Positions 11,401-20,208 of a DNA stretch of 64,000 bases are shown piece by piece. Source of the DNA: a virus; the IMG/VR virus record IMGVR_UViG_3300013126_002744, positions 4,784 through 68,783 of that record. One strand, 5' to 3'. A model generated the notes under the pieces. It ran no database searches. It was not told the origin of the DNA and saw only the letters and a program-made list of their open reading frames with translations. Numbering within the stretch: position 1 is the stretch's first letter; every line of letters starts with the position of its first letter. A program made the translations under genes and the position numbers.

Positions 11401-14400
11401 TGTTTTAGATCAACTGTTGAGGTTAAAGTACTGAAATCAAACTTCAACAACGGATAAGATGGCGTGGCTTGATATAGTTTTGTTTCGATATCCAGGAATA
11501 ACGAACCCAACAAGTCGACAAGATCAACCCGTTCCCATGACGTTGGTTGTTGAGTTTTTAGTTTGTATAGTGTATGATTACCACCACCAATGTGATACCA
11601 ATACACCGGAAGAATAGAGCCAACCGGTTCTGTAGCGCTGATAACTGCTGATCCTGGAGATGCACTATTGTATTTCTTTATCATTACGCGGTAGATGCGA
11701 TCCTGCTCAGCAAGAGAATAGCTGACAACAGAGCTGTGCCCGTCATGATGACGAATGATAATTGATGTGCCATCCGAGACTATGTGCGGTCTGGTTGCGC
11801 GGGCCAACCCAATAATGGGTAGAGTGGCGATCCAATTAGGCATTCCAACCCCTGTTGTTGCGTCGTATGCTGTTGTGTCACCATACACTTTTGCAACATA
11901 ATCATTTGTCACAAATTCCCTGATGCATCGTTCATTGATGCGTGGTTTCAATTGTTCAACACTGTAGCCTGATAACTCAATCAAGGCATCGACGATGTTT
12001 CCATTGAACAAATCACGCATAGTTACCATGTTTGCTGCATATTGCTCCTGCGCAAATTCGATAACACCAACTGGCGTCATTTCCGTAACATTAACTGCTG
12101 ATATTAATGTGTCAAATGCATCGTTGTGTTCTTTAATTGTTCCACCAACTCCGTAATCATAATCCTTTTGGTTTAGCGTGAATATCCCACCGTTTGTTAA
12201 CCCAGGAATGCGCTCTTGCTGGGACACAATTGACGATAGGTGAGTAATCAGCTGGGAGTACAATATGGTTCTGTGATTTTCATGTTCTGGGTTGTTCTTC
12301 CATTGGGATATCACTTCCCAATCGCCGCGTGAATCTCCCTTTGCAAATTCTGTCGGGGTTGTTCCATCAGTGTAGGTGTATGGAGCTGCGTTCTGTTTTG
12401 CATCAACCCAATCTGGAACATACTCAGGTGTGGTTGCCGATGTTTGCCAGATTGTTTGTAGTGTTGGGTCAGCGTTATTAACTGCAACGTCTTCAATGAC
12501 GTTCCAAACATTATTGATTGCGTCACGTTGATAGAATCCAAGAGTGGTAGGATTGACCCAAACACTCATGTGTTGGCCGCGCAGTTCTGTTGGTTCCGTT
12601 GCGCTGACAACAGGCTCATAAGCAGCCATCCCTGTGAGTGTAACAGACACGATTGACTCAGCCCACGTTTTGCCATCCCATTTTTTAAGTTTTTGAGTCA
12701 GCGGACTATACCAGTGTGCTGGTTCGTTTCCTGTAATGTTGCGGTAAGCGTACATCACACCATTGTTCTCATCCACAAGGAATTGTTCAAATTGGTATTC
12801 TTTTCCGTCTGTTGAAGCAACAATTCTTCGCTGGGTTGAAGAATTTACTGGCTCATCAGGGCTTTCAACAAACCCAAATATAGGTGATGTCCCCACCAAC
12901 TCACCAGTTACAACATCATACATGTTGAATAGTGGGTATTGGTTAATTTTTGATTTTACTTGCTCTGTACGTTGATACTTGGTCAGTGGTTTGTATACAG
13001 GTTGTGCTCCTACCAATACAGCACTTTTAAACTCATTGTTGTCTTCTATCGTTCTGACGGGAATGCCGTACAGTCCCATATCCTTGTATGCGATTGGTGC
13101 AACTTCTATACGCACAACATCATTGATTGTTAGCGGTTTGAAGAACTGAATAGCATATACATAGCTCACCTTTGCATTAACTTGTCCGATGGGGATGTTT
13201 ACATTATCAACGACAGTATAATCAGGTGTTATCGTGGACGGGGTTGTGAGCTCAGTGTAGGTACCATATTGGCGCACTCCATTTAAATATACACGTAGTT
13301 GGTTTTCCCCAGCAATAGCGTAGTACCCAGGGTGTTGTGGTTTAAAGTGGAATCTGTAATCCAAATTAACCTGGGTAATGTTGTTTATGATTGGGATAAA
13401 CTCTTGATACGTGCTAGCAACAGTCACAGAACCTTCTGTTAAGGATATAGATTCAGTAGCTTGTTGGTTACCAATCTTGTAGTACGGATTGAGTTGTTGC
13501 GGAGCAGCAGCTTTCTGTGTGATGTTTTTAACATCAAGCATCCAGTGAACATGATATCCTTTCCATGAATCTCCGATGGATGTGCGGATAGGTTCAATGC
13601 GTGTGTACCGAGGTGCATCCGGATCCGGAGGATTAGTTTCATACTCAAACACACCTGCCTCAACTGGTGCTGGGAAGTCAGTTTCTTCGATCTGAACAAT
13701 CGTTACAAATTGTCCCTGTGTTAAATATTGCGGATCAGTTGGACCGATTTCACGATACCATGACCGCGTTGTTGTGAATATTTCTGATAGACCGTATTTG
13801 TCGACAATGCGGAATTTGTACCCAGCAGTGAATACACTTGTGTAATCAATGTCACGGTTTGCTGAGTTGAATTCTGAGCCAAGATAAATGAACCAAACCC
13901 CATCAATGTTGTTTGCTATGTATGACTTAATTGGTTCCAATTCAAGGCGGGTAGGTGGTGTTGACACTGTGTCAAAAGTCTTGTCGTTCTCTCTTCTGTA
14001 CTTCCATGTGTATGTGACTTCTGTCCACTCATTCATCTCTGTTTGTGAAGAGTACTCTAGAATTGGGACTTGAGCACGGTAAGCCCCAACAAATGTCGTC
14101 AGTTCTGATTTGTGAACCCACTTGTTTTGTGTGGTCCATTGGTTGTGTTCTTGTGGTAGACACCCAATTGATGCATCCCAACGTGCTGTACCGGTTGTTT
14201 CAATAAGAACTTCTGAGAAATTCTGCTGAACAACAATCCACGCAGTGTTTGTTTGGTTTCTCTGTTTTAATTGGTCTGCTGTCAGGTCATACCAAGTATC
14301 GCCCGCGACTGGTTGATCACCGTTGTTGGTAATCCACTCAGCCTCCGTATCGAAACTGATATTTGCCAATAACTCTGTATTCCAGATTGCATCAGTTTGC

Positions 14401-15398
14401 TGGCCATCATCCCATTGTTTGGTGTCCCAACCACCTGTGTCACTCTCACACGTACAATTAACTTCTGCTTGATACACAGCCTGTTGGTCAACCAGCGAAA
14501 TGTGACATGGGAACGATTGTCCTGTGATAACCCATGCTGCTCCATTCCATGTGAATAGTTGAGATAGTGGGGTCGCTGGGTTTGTGCTATACTTGTATAG
14601 CCACTGTCCTGTGTATGCTGCCGGCGGATATGCTGGCTGATTATTAACATCTTCAACTTCAACAACCAAAGCAAGGTTTGGTGTGATGTAAATTACTGTC
14701 TCGTCAGCATCCCCATTATAAACAGACGATAAAGTGGTCCATGTTTTATCTTCAAGATTGACGTTTGTTGTGCCTTTTGTTTTGAACACAAATCCTTCAA
14801 CAAACACATCATCCTGTTTAGAGTTTATCACAAAAGCGTTCTGCTGGAAATCTATGCGTGTGATGTCCATCGTTTCACCGCGGCGAGCAAGAATGCCCTT
14901 GTACGCATTGAGCTTACTTGTTACCTTATTGCATCGGTTTTCAATTGTGAAATGTTGCGGTGGTGTTTGACCAATCTCGGGCTTCCAGTAATAATCCGCA
15001 TAGTTGATCAACATGTCGATGTTAACTGGTGGGATCCAATTAAACCGTTGTGTTGTCGCCCATTGGTCCAGGTTTGGGATGTCAACACCCATTAATTGCA
15101 ATTGTTGTTGGAATCCTTTGAATGTTAGAACATATTCTTCTGTGCCAACACGCGAATACATTACTGGAGCGAGTTGGAATGCCTGACGGTGCGGAGATGG
15201 CTCTTGTAATTGGCGATTTACGAGAGCATTTGGGTTACCTTGTCCAATATATCCAGCAACATGAGTCGTGTCATCCTTTGTTAGGAACTTGTTAAAAGAT
15301 GCCTCCAGCATCGTTTCGTTGACGTCTGAACGATAAACTTCTGGAAGCAGGTCTATTAGATTAGTACGATTCTTGTCGTGATCAGAATTTGAAGCCAC
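5442..15398 (-). CDS. giant baseplate wedge-like protein, 3318 aa
   Basis: GTG start with GAGGGA RBS; LIDLLPEVYRS N-terminus; RGMIQSKGS and YYYFWV motifs; follows gp6. Confidence 0.75.
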   Translation of the reverse strand: MASNSDHDKNRTNLIDLLPEVYRSDVNETMLEASFNKFLTKDDTTHVAGYIGQGNPNALVNRQLQEPSPHRQAFQLAPVMYSRVGTEEYVLTFKGFQQQLQLMGVDIPNLDQWATTQRFNWIPPVNIDMLINYADYYWKPEIGQTPPQHFTIENRCNKVTSKLNAYKGILARRGETMDITRIDFQQNAFVINSKQDDVFVEGFVFKTKGTTNVNLEDKTWTTLSSVYNGDADETVIYITPNLALVVEVEDVNNQPAYPPAAYTGQWLYKYSTNPATPLSQLFTWNGAAWVITGQSFPCHISLVDQQAVYQAEVNCTCESDTGGWDTKQWDDGQQTDAIWNTELLANISFDTEAEWITNNGDQPVAGDTWYDLTADQLKQRNQTNTAWIVVQQNFSEVLIETTGTARWDASIGCLPQEHNQWTTQNKWVHKSELTTFVGAYRAQVPILEYSSQTEMNEWTEVTYTWKYRRENDKTFDTVSTPPTRLELEPIKSYIANNIDGVWFIYLGSEFNSANRDIDYTSVFTAGYKFRIVDKYGLSEIFTTTRSWYREIGPTDPQYLTQGQFVTIVQIEETDFPAPVEAGVFEYETNPPDPDAPRYTRIEPIRTSIGDSWKGYHVHWMLDVKNITQKAAAPQQLNPYYKIGNQQATESISLTEGSVTVASTYQEFIPIINNITQVNLDYRFHFKPQHPGYYAIAGENQLRVYLNGVRQYGTYTELTTPSTITPDYTVVDNVNIPIGQVNAKVSYVYAIQFFKPLTINDVVRIEVAPIAYKDMGLYGIPVRTIEDNNEFKSAVLVGAQPVYKPLTKYQRTEQVKSKINQYPLFNMYDVVTGELVGTSPIFGFVESPDEPVNSSTQRRIVASTDGKEYQFEQFLVDENNGVMYAYRNITGNEPAHWYSPLTQKLKKWDGKTWAESIVSVTLTGMAAYEPVVSATEPTELRGQHMSVWVNPTTLGFYQRDAINNVWNVIEDVAVNNADPTLQTIWQTSATTPEYVPDWVDAKQNAAPYTYTDGTTPTEFAKGDSRGDWEVISQWKNNPEHENHRTILYSQLITHLSSIVSQQERIPGLTNGGIFTLNQKDYDYGVGGTIKEHNDAFDTLISAVNVTEMTPVGVIEFAQEQYAANMVTMRDLFNGNIVDALIELSGYSVEQLKPRINERCIREFVTNDYVAKVYGDTTAYDATTGVGMPNWIATLPIIGLARATRPHIVSDGTSIIIRHHDGHSSVVSYSLAEQDRIYRVMIKKYNSASPGSAVISATEPVGSILPVYWYHIGGGNHTLYKLKTQQPTSWERVDLVDLLGSLFLDIETKLYQATPSYPLLKFDFSTLTSTVDLKQVFDGRMKQRFNEYVVKKNIRTPFVNTTYNATDAFTWNYAQCMVDTPPRAGITHEPRSCWQAVYELWYGTAYPHLEPWKLQGYGEKPVWWDGYYADITGTRRWVYNHAAKIGMWENIRTGVVPAGCAYPNGIVSTGNPTADNVSLPTYNYFSVNISDSEITGGYQPDTLLPPYYDNTNVAPIHPTVRSLYRVFSTQVVAPNADYLFGEYGPAEWEWSISGEHVYDEAVVAFLMQPAKFLYQTFGLDYVTIGGLQVDVIGKKVYSHKNALFHGDIYDKNKVYETNGLNQWYVNFNRFKGFDTNVGFREMWTNWSPKQSYQTAGIIDTNTLQIFNKNFDVTEKDYSVILANSGVISEKWVDGFELTILSIPPAIIQYNNQSKWKIVVDALAPVSRTIEYYGPQIWPFMIDRDTDVLTAFQFDIDDVTASINTFEIRHDQTPFFLEGVAITVSNSSTNDGVYTVVNAVFDAVNDMTRVKVAENVATSIRDGVIDIPDYAHNWNTGDVVVMSATSALPYPIADKTPYYVIVVDDRRIKLATTASNAQVNIAVDITSDPIGDITIGKIKSSFQVFGGNSASTDLWIHYEPNLADVRTATLPETIVGMQTLVNMIDGYTQLQNDKNVVYNNSNDFVEYDTDTGRPVSWQVEMERFIDWAYGLRRSRLQLNDRYEFTVNDMTANTLRFTTAAPSWTSGTKLAVTTTGTLPQPLFGNTVYYLVTTSDPQVFQLSVSTRVDETTIVDLSTMGSGIMHIALFTREQTFPSFELNPIRNNVWIRTPQGMLSNIITGPYADIRVSQKLYDQYGRALTADKITVYREDKMSRISVRAGIPNDVELYPFGFVDPYNYLHIGGGHFFVEGYEHIIMFNDYTVGDDLVYDPFLGLYIKRFDLDYFEKTDYTLRPTLGGYYLSDGAFKRNFEGSIEDMRQYYDAFELTEGTQEARYARHLLGYNPDQTVEAFSNDSVMSYLDLLNVNSKSQFLFYRGMIQSKGSINSVKAYINSKKFVDAKVDEFWAYKIAEFGESRSKIYPQIKLFGDDGTKTDVRLKFTTPTDIDKSIIDDVRRGFDTVSFRDNNRWVDFPQQREEIQSPLFLDASISTMTRLYVTHSTTDGTTPTETYYPKNGENTLDYWIHVNHSSTPVIYTRQYIDGGWIDVVGPDVSMVGMTGYMKLPKRCEGVRILRQRLNQPGNLIDYRTEIMNEVAQANGYSRVNSEIIKFAATTYTVTSIQGNELIVTSNEQTGFDAQYANVFLAGDKIKLTTDQVSGLYSVIKSELVNDGTEQEPNWTTHIFVDSTTLLGTSGNVTHYGFADKLIIFTIEPSEDKITPARLLDTKSHVKLDDVPLWHPAFGIHSTQAIHNVDLQNPEDPAHYSSTLTQVDNLMSPWTFPQVGTTWLQTSTLEYLPYYDDVLTPDIEQRIYQWGKRPEWSSVDVYTWVESLVAPSEWDVTVAAQASDITIPQSEKVTGTPRKTVFKRTRKFDTITIVNPATGLVELNTSNNTYEDGSVFMMSAIDPNITFPDSVDVTLTYTVFNYDIQTNEFVVVDQDGNVVDLTGVPVQIHIVPPFSDNWIRKPLIRERLYAALEYNFVDNPNVREPELVVTDERWETGDVVSVYVNGSVVLTDVILANNTISLTGTQTIIREQDIIDVVRPIPVLTEEQLQFDPDTTDDGVTLEQWTETYEFSTTTRTYNNITYLYYYFWVQNTTTRNPADRSSLSTSEIAAQLAANPTPYMIVQDPRDDLWMQGWDVPPWAKTGWDDDMYIAYNSNHQYMPSIFYRKVVLSQITGYINEGDRYVVEFTRDLTLRDTLETDHNYMNVKNKHEKWFMFRREQIGAVPQDLWVKMTEALMGCKYDDFTKRVPSFEREHYDMTYGTSTRYGFGKDQIFVNPEYARATIVSYLQDPSHNFKPVDINHFFEVFPATEDVFWSDPQQVKEMCDFIYNTFDSYHTNGIWFDVLSDALVTQSKYKGLMKTSWLALHGIRILDVAGQFDD

Positions 15399-15468
15399 AG
15401 GTAATCCCTCACTATGATGTTATAGTAATTATTTATGGCGAGGGACCCCAGAGATTTTACAGGGTATT

Positions 15469-18400
15469 TTATCCATTCAAGCGCAAGTTAGTTGCTGTAA
15501 ATCCTGCAACAATGTCAATGTCTTCAACACCAATGTCAGGATAAATGATTTCATCTTCTCGCGCGACTACCTGCAGTAAATCTCCAAACTGGCTGTTTTG
15601 TAATGTCGGAACAAGCACAACAGAACTGATTTCTGTTGGTAGATCCATATGAATAGCTGATGCCAGTTCTGTGAAATAGAATGTTTCACCAAACTCAAAC
15701 GCTGCAATATCAAAGAAGTTTCTGACTGTTGCAACAATCGCGCTCTTGATTTGATTATCCGTGTATGTGCTGTTAGCACTACGAATAACTTTGAATCGAG
15801 CCTGAAGTGCTGGTGTAGCTTTATCACCAAAGATCAGTTTGATCTTACCTGGATGCAAAACAACAGTATCCGATGCCATTTTATTGTCAAGGAGTTTGCC
15901 GTAGTCGTTACGTAACATCAGAGGTGTGACTTGATCTGGTGGTAACGCCAGTGGGTCTTCCAACCAGCGCTTATAGCTGATGAAATAGCCACGGGTAATA
16001 ATGAATATATCGATGATGTTAGATGGTGATGGATCCACGAGTTGATATCGAGGTGAGAAATGGAACCACGAAAAGTTTAACTTATCACGGCCCAAATGGC
16101 GCTTCCACAATTTTCTGAATTCATATTGTTGTTGAGTGTCATTGTTGAGTAGGTACACTTCCCCTGCATCAATCAAATCATCAAACTTGCGGATTTCGTA
16201 CATGTATGACACGTAATCATCAACATATTCCAGCATATTTTCGATTGTGCTTTCAACAGGCGACCAAACATCACTTATTGATGATCTGTAGAAATACACA
16301 TATTCATTCTCTGTGATAGTCAAGTTGTATTCAACATTTGGTTGCAGATTCACCAATTTGACTGTAGCTGTTGGTTGACCAAATTTTAAATTGGTTCCAT
16401 TCACGTCTGTTTCATACCAACTGACGCCATCAAGATACTGGGTTGTTTGTGTCCACATGCTACCTTCACCCACATCTCTATACTCCCATACCTCGTGTAT
16501 GTTGTTGACAGAGTCATTTACGTAAACCGCCCAATGTTGTTCCGGAACAACCCCGGCGTCCAGCATCGTAATGTATGATACCGTAGGCTGCAACAGTTGG
16601 GCGTTAGGATTGGGTACAGTGATGTGAGATATTACTGTGTGAATTTTGCCTGTTGAGGTGTCAATACATCGATCTCCTGTGACACCAAATGTTGCATTTA
16701 TACCAGCCGTTACCGTCACGCCTGAATCGTACGTCTCAATGTATACTTGTGATGGGTTAACTGGGTCCGCAATCACAGTTGCAACTGTGTATACTTTGCT
16801 GTCCGATGTTTGATAATATCTGTCACCAATCGCCCCAATTGTGCCACCAATCCCTGGTGTTGGTAAGGTTGCTACTATGCCATTCTCAACAACTGGTTGG
16901 AGTGTTAACGGGTTCACGTGTTGAATGGCTGGTTGCCACGTCAAATGTGCGCTATACTGTGTGCCAAATTCGGTTGTTGGTGTGCCATCACTAACAGCAA
17001 ACGTTGGACCATATAATGTAACACCAGTATCCGAATCAATCACAGAAATATCACCCATTCCAGCAATATACTTAACCGGTAGAGTGACAAGTTGCTCATA
17101 CGGTTCTGTTGCAGTTGTATTTGCCGGAATTGTTATGTGCAGTTTGGGGACAATGATGTCAGCAATACCCATATATTTGTCCGCATCCAATACATTTAAG
17201 TAGTCAGGGATATTGTCCTGGTTTTCGTCAATTGATATCACAGATACACGGTGAATGTCGTCTGTTCCAGCTTCAACACCCGACTCAATTATTTCTTGAC
17301 CAAGAATGTTATAATTCCAATTGCGTTGCAGAATTCCGTCTCTGTTGCAATTTGTATTTGCTTGCAAGATGTTGATTGTGTCATCAGATGATCGTAAAGT
17401 GTCGTAATCCATAACGCGATCAGCATTATTGGTGTTCCAGAATGATGTTGTATTAGATTCAAACACAATGCGACGAGCTGCACGAGTTACATTGTATCGT
17501 TGATCTTGCTCTGTCTGTTGACGCACCTTGATGAGTGGATAGTTGATAAAGTTTGTTGGGTATGCATATCCGCTAACAGGTTCTTCAAAAAATGCCCATT
17601 CTGTTGTGTTTGGATTGGTGATAATGCTAGTGAATAATCCTGCATCACCAATCCCTGTTGCCTCTACCACTTGAATCGTTGATGTTGTAGCAAATGCTGA
17701 ATCAATTGATGCTGAGGCACGAATAATGATGTCGCCGTTTGATAGCTCAGCGGTACAATTGTATGCCACCAGTGCAGCGTTAATTACATCCAGCAATTGA
17801 CCAAATGTTTGTGGGAGTTGTGGTAGGATGGTGTTTTGTGTATCTGTTGTGACAAGGACGTCGACTGAAACGCCACTCGGCACTGTGAACCGTGCTCCGT
17901 ATGTCGTGAACACACCATTGTTGTGATATGCAATCGTTTTGTCAACCGAGCTTGCAAAACCATTAAAATTAATAATATGGTATCCACCAAAGTTTAACAC
18001 TTGGTCTATAACCAAGTTTGTTTTTACAGCGTACCACTCATTGTTGAATGTATTAAAATACAAATCAGCTGACCTTAATGATGGTGGCGGTGTTAAGGAT
18101 GTTGTAATTCTAGCTTTTTCTTCTGCTGTGAATACACGACGGATTTCTGTGTATGACACTCCAGCAGACACCAATTGTAAGAATACGTCAGTTGATGCAA
18201 GGAGTGGTTCAATATATGTGGAGATTAACACGTTTGTTTCAACGCTTGGTGTGATTTGTGTCGTATCTTTGTCCTGTATGTAAAGAATGCCATCATCACC
18301 AAACATCTTTACGTTTTCATAAGTATTGGAGCTATCGTGCCATGTGATGTATTTGCTATCACCCGCAAATGTTCTATTAACTGCGCGAAGTTTCAAAATG

Positions 18401-19782
18401 GTTGGATTTTGACGCATGTAGACATTATAGTCTTCACCGTTGACCATTCGGTCCTGTGTATAATACACAGATGGGGCGGTTTGGCGGACATGCTCTGTCG
18501 TTTCGGCAGCCGAAGCATTTTGCAAAGAACCAATCAGTGTGATGGTGAATGTGAATGTTTGGGATTGGTTGTATATGTCCGTGTATGCAAAAGAAATTGG
18601 AATGTCAATGACAGAAGACTGTGGTACTACTATATCTTCATTTAAAGATGTTCGTGCCCAAATGTCAAATGTGCCTTGTGGGATATCAGCAAACTCCCCA
18701 TCGCCAAAAAGAATACGGACGCGATTATCTCCAACAGTCTCAACTTCATATTTGTTGCGTTTTGGGTTGGTGTTGAAAATAACATTCTGTGCATGAGCGA
18801 TGTCAACCTCAACCCATTCGCCATATTTACCTTCGACAGTTTCTCTTCTGTACGGAAGATTTGTTTCTTTAGCAACAATGTCCCCCGTGTCAGGATCAAC
18901 AGCATTGACCCAAACATCAGTATCATTTACGTTAGACAACGGAACTTCAAATATTTGATTTGGTGTGATCCCATCAAATGATGTTGTGAATTTTTGTAAT
19001 GTTCCCTGTTTGGTGAAGCAGAAGAACCCGGTTGTTTCAGATCCATCGCCCAACCCATCAGAGCCATATAACAGAGTGAATTGTGCATTCTGTTGTGGAC
19101 GGCGCTCAGATATGCCTGATACTGTACCCGTGTATGCATCGCCAACAGATTTTGCAACTGGTACTAGTTCCATTCCAACACTTTCACCATACATACTAGC
19201 CGAGTACGACATTATCCCTTGTGTTGTTTGTAGGGGGTATATTTCAAACAGCACATCTTGAATTTGAAATCGATCGGTTGCAACCACTGAACCAAACTCC
19301 TGGCTCAACACACGATTCATTACGAGAATAAATTGGTCTTTCCATGATGTGTTGGTTGAATCATTCCATCTAATTGTGCGACCAGCCAGATTAACACCAT
19401 TTGAATCAATCAGTGTTTCTGTTGTTGATACTGATGTAATCTTTACAAGGCCGCGAGCTGGAAGTGGACGAGATACTTTGTATGATACAAGTTTTGCAAG
19501 TTTAAGAATAGAGTCCCGACGCTGTGCTGTGGATATGAAGTTTTCATGGGCGACAACATCCATGCGATACGCAAGGATTTCAGCAATGTATGCAAAAGAT
19601 TCAACGATCGCAATTAGTTCAGAAGATTCAATGAAGTCATTAAATGTTTCTGGAAAGTATAATTTGAGGTAATCCAGAATACTCTGTTTTACAATGTTGT
19701 AATCAAATGCTGAAAAGTTTATGTTTGCAAATGCTACGTAAACTTTTTCCCAGCTTTCTGCACGAGATACCAATCTGCTCAT
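15469..19782 (-). CDS. gp6: baseplate wedge subunit, gp6-like, with large insertion
   Basis: FDYNIVKQSILDYL, ENFISTAQRRDSILKLAKLVSY, ILFGDGEF and QDRMVNGEDY motifs. Confidence 0.85.
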   Translation of the reverse strand: MSRLVSRAESWEKVYVAFANINFSAFDYNIVKQSILDYLKLYFPETFNDFIESSELIAIVESFAYIAEILAYRMDVVAHENFISTAQRRDSILKLAKLVSYKVSRPLPARGLVKITSVSTTETLIDSNGVNLAGRTIRWNDSTNTSWKDQFILVMNRVLSQEFGSVVATDRFQIQDVLFEIYPLQTTQGIMSYSASMYGESVGMELVPVAKSVGDAYTGTVSGISERRPQQNAQFTLLYGSDGLGDGSETTGFFCFTKQGTLQKFTTSFDGITPNQIFEVPLSNVNDTDVWVNAVDPDTGDIVAKETNLPYRRETVEGKYGEWVEVDIAHAQNVIFNTNPKRNKYEVETVGDNRVRILFGDGEFADIPQGTFDIWARTSLNEDIVVPQSSVIDIPISFAYTDIYNQSQTFTFTITLIGSLQNASAAETTEHVRQTAPSVYYTQDRMVNGEDYNVYMRQNPTILKLRAVNRTFAGDSKYITWHDSSNTYENVKMFGDDGILYIQDKDTTQITPSVETNVLISTYIEPLLASTDVFLQLVSAGVSYTEIRRVFTAEEKARITTSLTPPPSLRSADLYFNTFNNEWYAVKTNLVIDQVLNFGGYHIINFNGFASSVDKTIAYHNNGVFTTYGARFTVPSGVSVDVLVTTDTQNTILPQLPQTFGQLLDVINAALVAYNCTAELSNGDIIIRASASIDSAFATTSTIQVVEATGIGDAGLFTSIITNPNTTEWAFFEEPVSGYAYPTNFINYPLIKVRQQTEQDQRYNVTRAARRIVFESNTTSFWNTNNADRVMDYDTLRSSDDTINILQANTNCNRDGILQRNWNYNILGQEIIESGVEAGTDDIHRVSVISIDENQDNIPDYLNVLDADKYMGIADIIVPKLHITIPANTTATEPYEQLVTLPVKYIAGMGDISVIDSDTGVTLYGPTFAVSDGTPTTEFGTQYSAHLTWQPAIQHVNPLTLQPVVENGIVATLPTPGIGGTIGAIGDRYYQTSDSKVYTVATVIADPVNPSQVYIETYDSGVTVTAGINATFGVTGDRCIDTSTGKIHTVISHITVPNPNAQLLQPTVSYITMLDAGVVPEQHWAVYVNDSVNNIHEVWEYRDVGEGSMWTQTTQYLDGVSWYETDVNGTNLKFGQPTATVKLVNLQPNVEYNLTITENEYVYFYRSSISDVWSPVESTIENMLEYVDDYVSYMYEIRKFDDLIDAGEVYLLNNDTQQQYEFRKLWKRHLGRDKLNFSWFHFSPRYQLVDPSPSNIIDIFIITRGYFISYKRWLEDPLALPPDQVTPLMLRNDYGKLLDNKMASDTVVLHPGKIKLIFGDKATPALQARFKVIRSANSTYTDNQIKSAIVATVRNFFDIAAFEFGETFYFTELASAIHMDLPTEISSVVLVPTLQNSQFGDLLQVVAREDEIIYPDIGVEDIDIVAGFTATNLRLNG

Positions 19783-20159
19783 TATACTTCCTCAAAAACA
19801 ATGTTAAGTGTTAAGTCATCAGTCATGTTCAATTCTTTGTAGAACAAGCGCAAACTGGCGACAATCATGTTGTTATCATAATCAGGCACAACGTTCATTT
19901 GCATCAATTCAACCCGAGGATCAAATCTAACCACTTCAAGTAAGTCTTCTTCGATAACCATTAAAGACATTTCATCAAGCGGTTCAAACGGCATATCAGG
20001 AATACGTGTACCAAACGTTGGCATCATCACGCGTTCACCCTTGCGTGTGTATATGTGATTGAGAAGGTCTAGTTTAACCAGCTCAATGTCCTTAATACCA
20101 AACGTTTTACTGTTTTGGTATTCATGCGAGCTAAATCCCTTATACAATCCAATGGCCAT
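19782..20159 (-). CDS. gp25: baseplate wedge protein, gp25 family
   Basis: DLLNHIYTRKGERVMMPTFGT...DPRV. Confidence 0.9.
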   Translation of the reverse strand: MAIGLYKGFSSHEYQNSKTFGIKDIELVKLDLLNHIYTRKGERVMMPTFGTRIPDMPFEPLDEMSLMVIEEDLLEVVRFDPRVELMQMNVVPDYDNNMIVASLRLFYKELNMTDDLTLNIVFEEV

Positions 20160-20208
20160 CGGTAATCCCTTAAATAGTTATACTATTTATCGTATATACC
20201 CCATTGGA

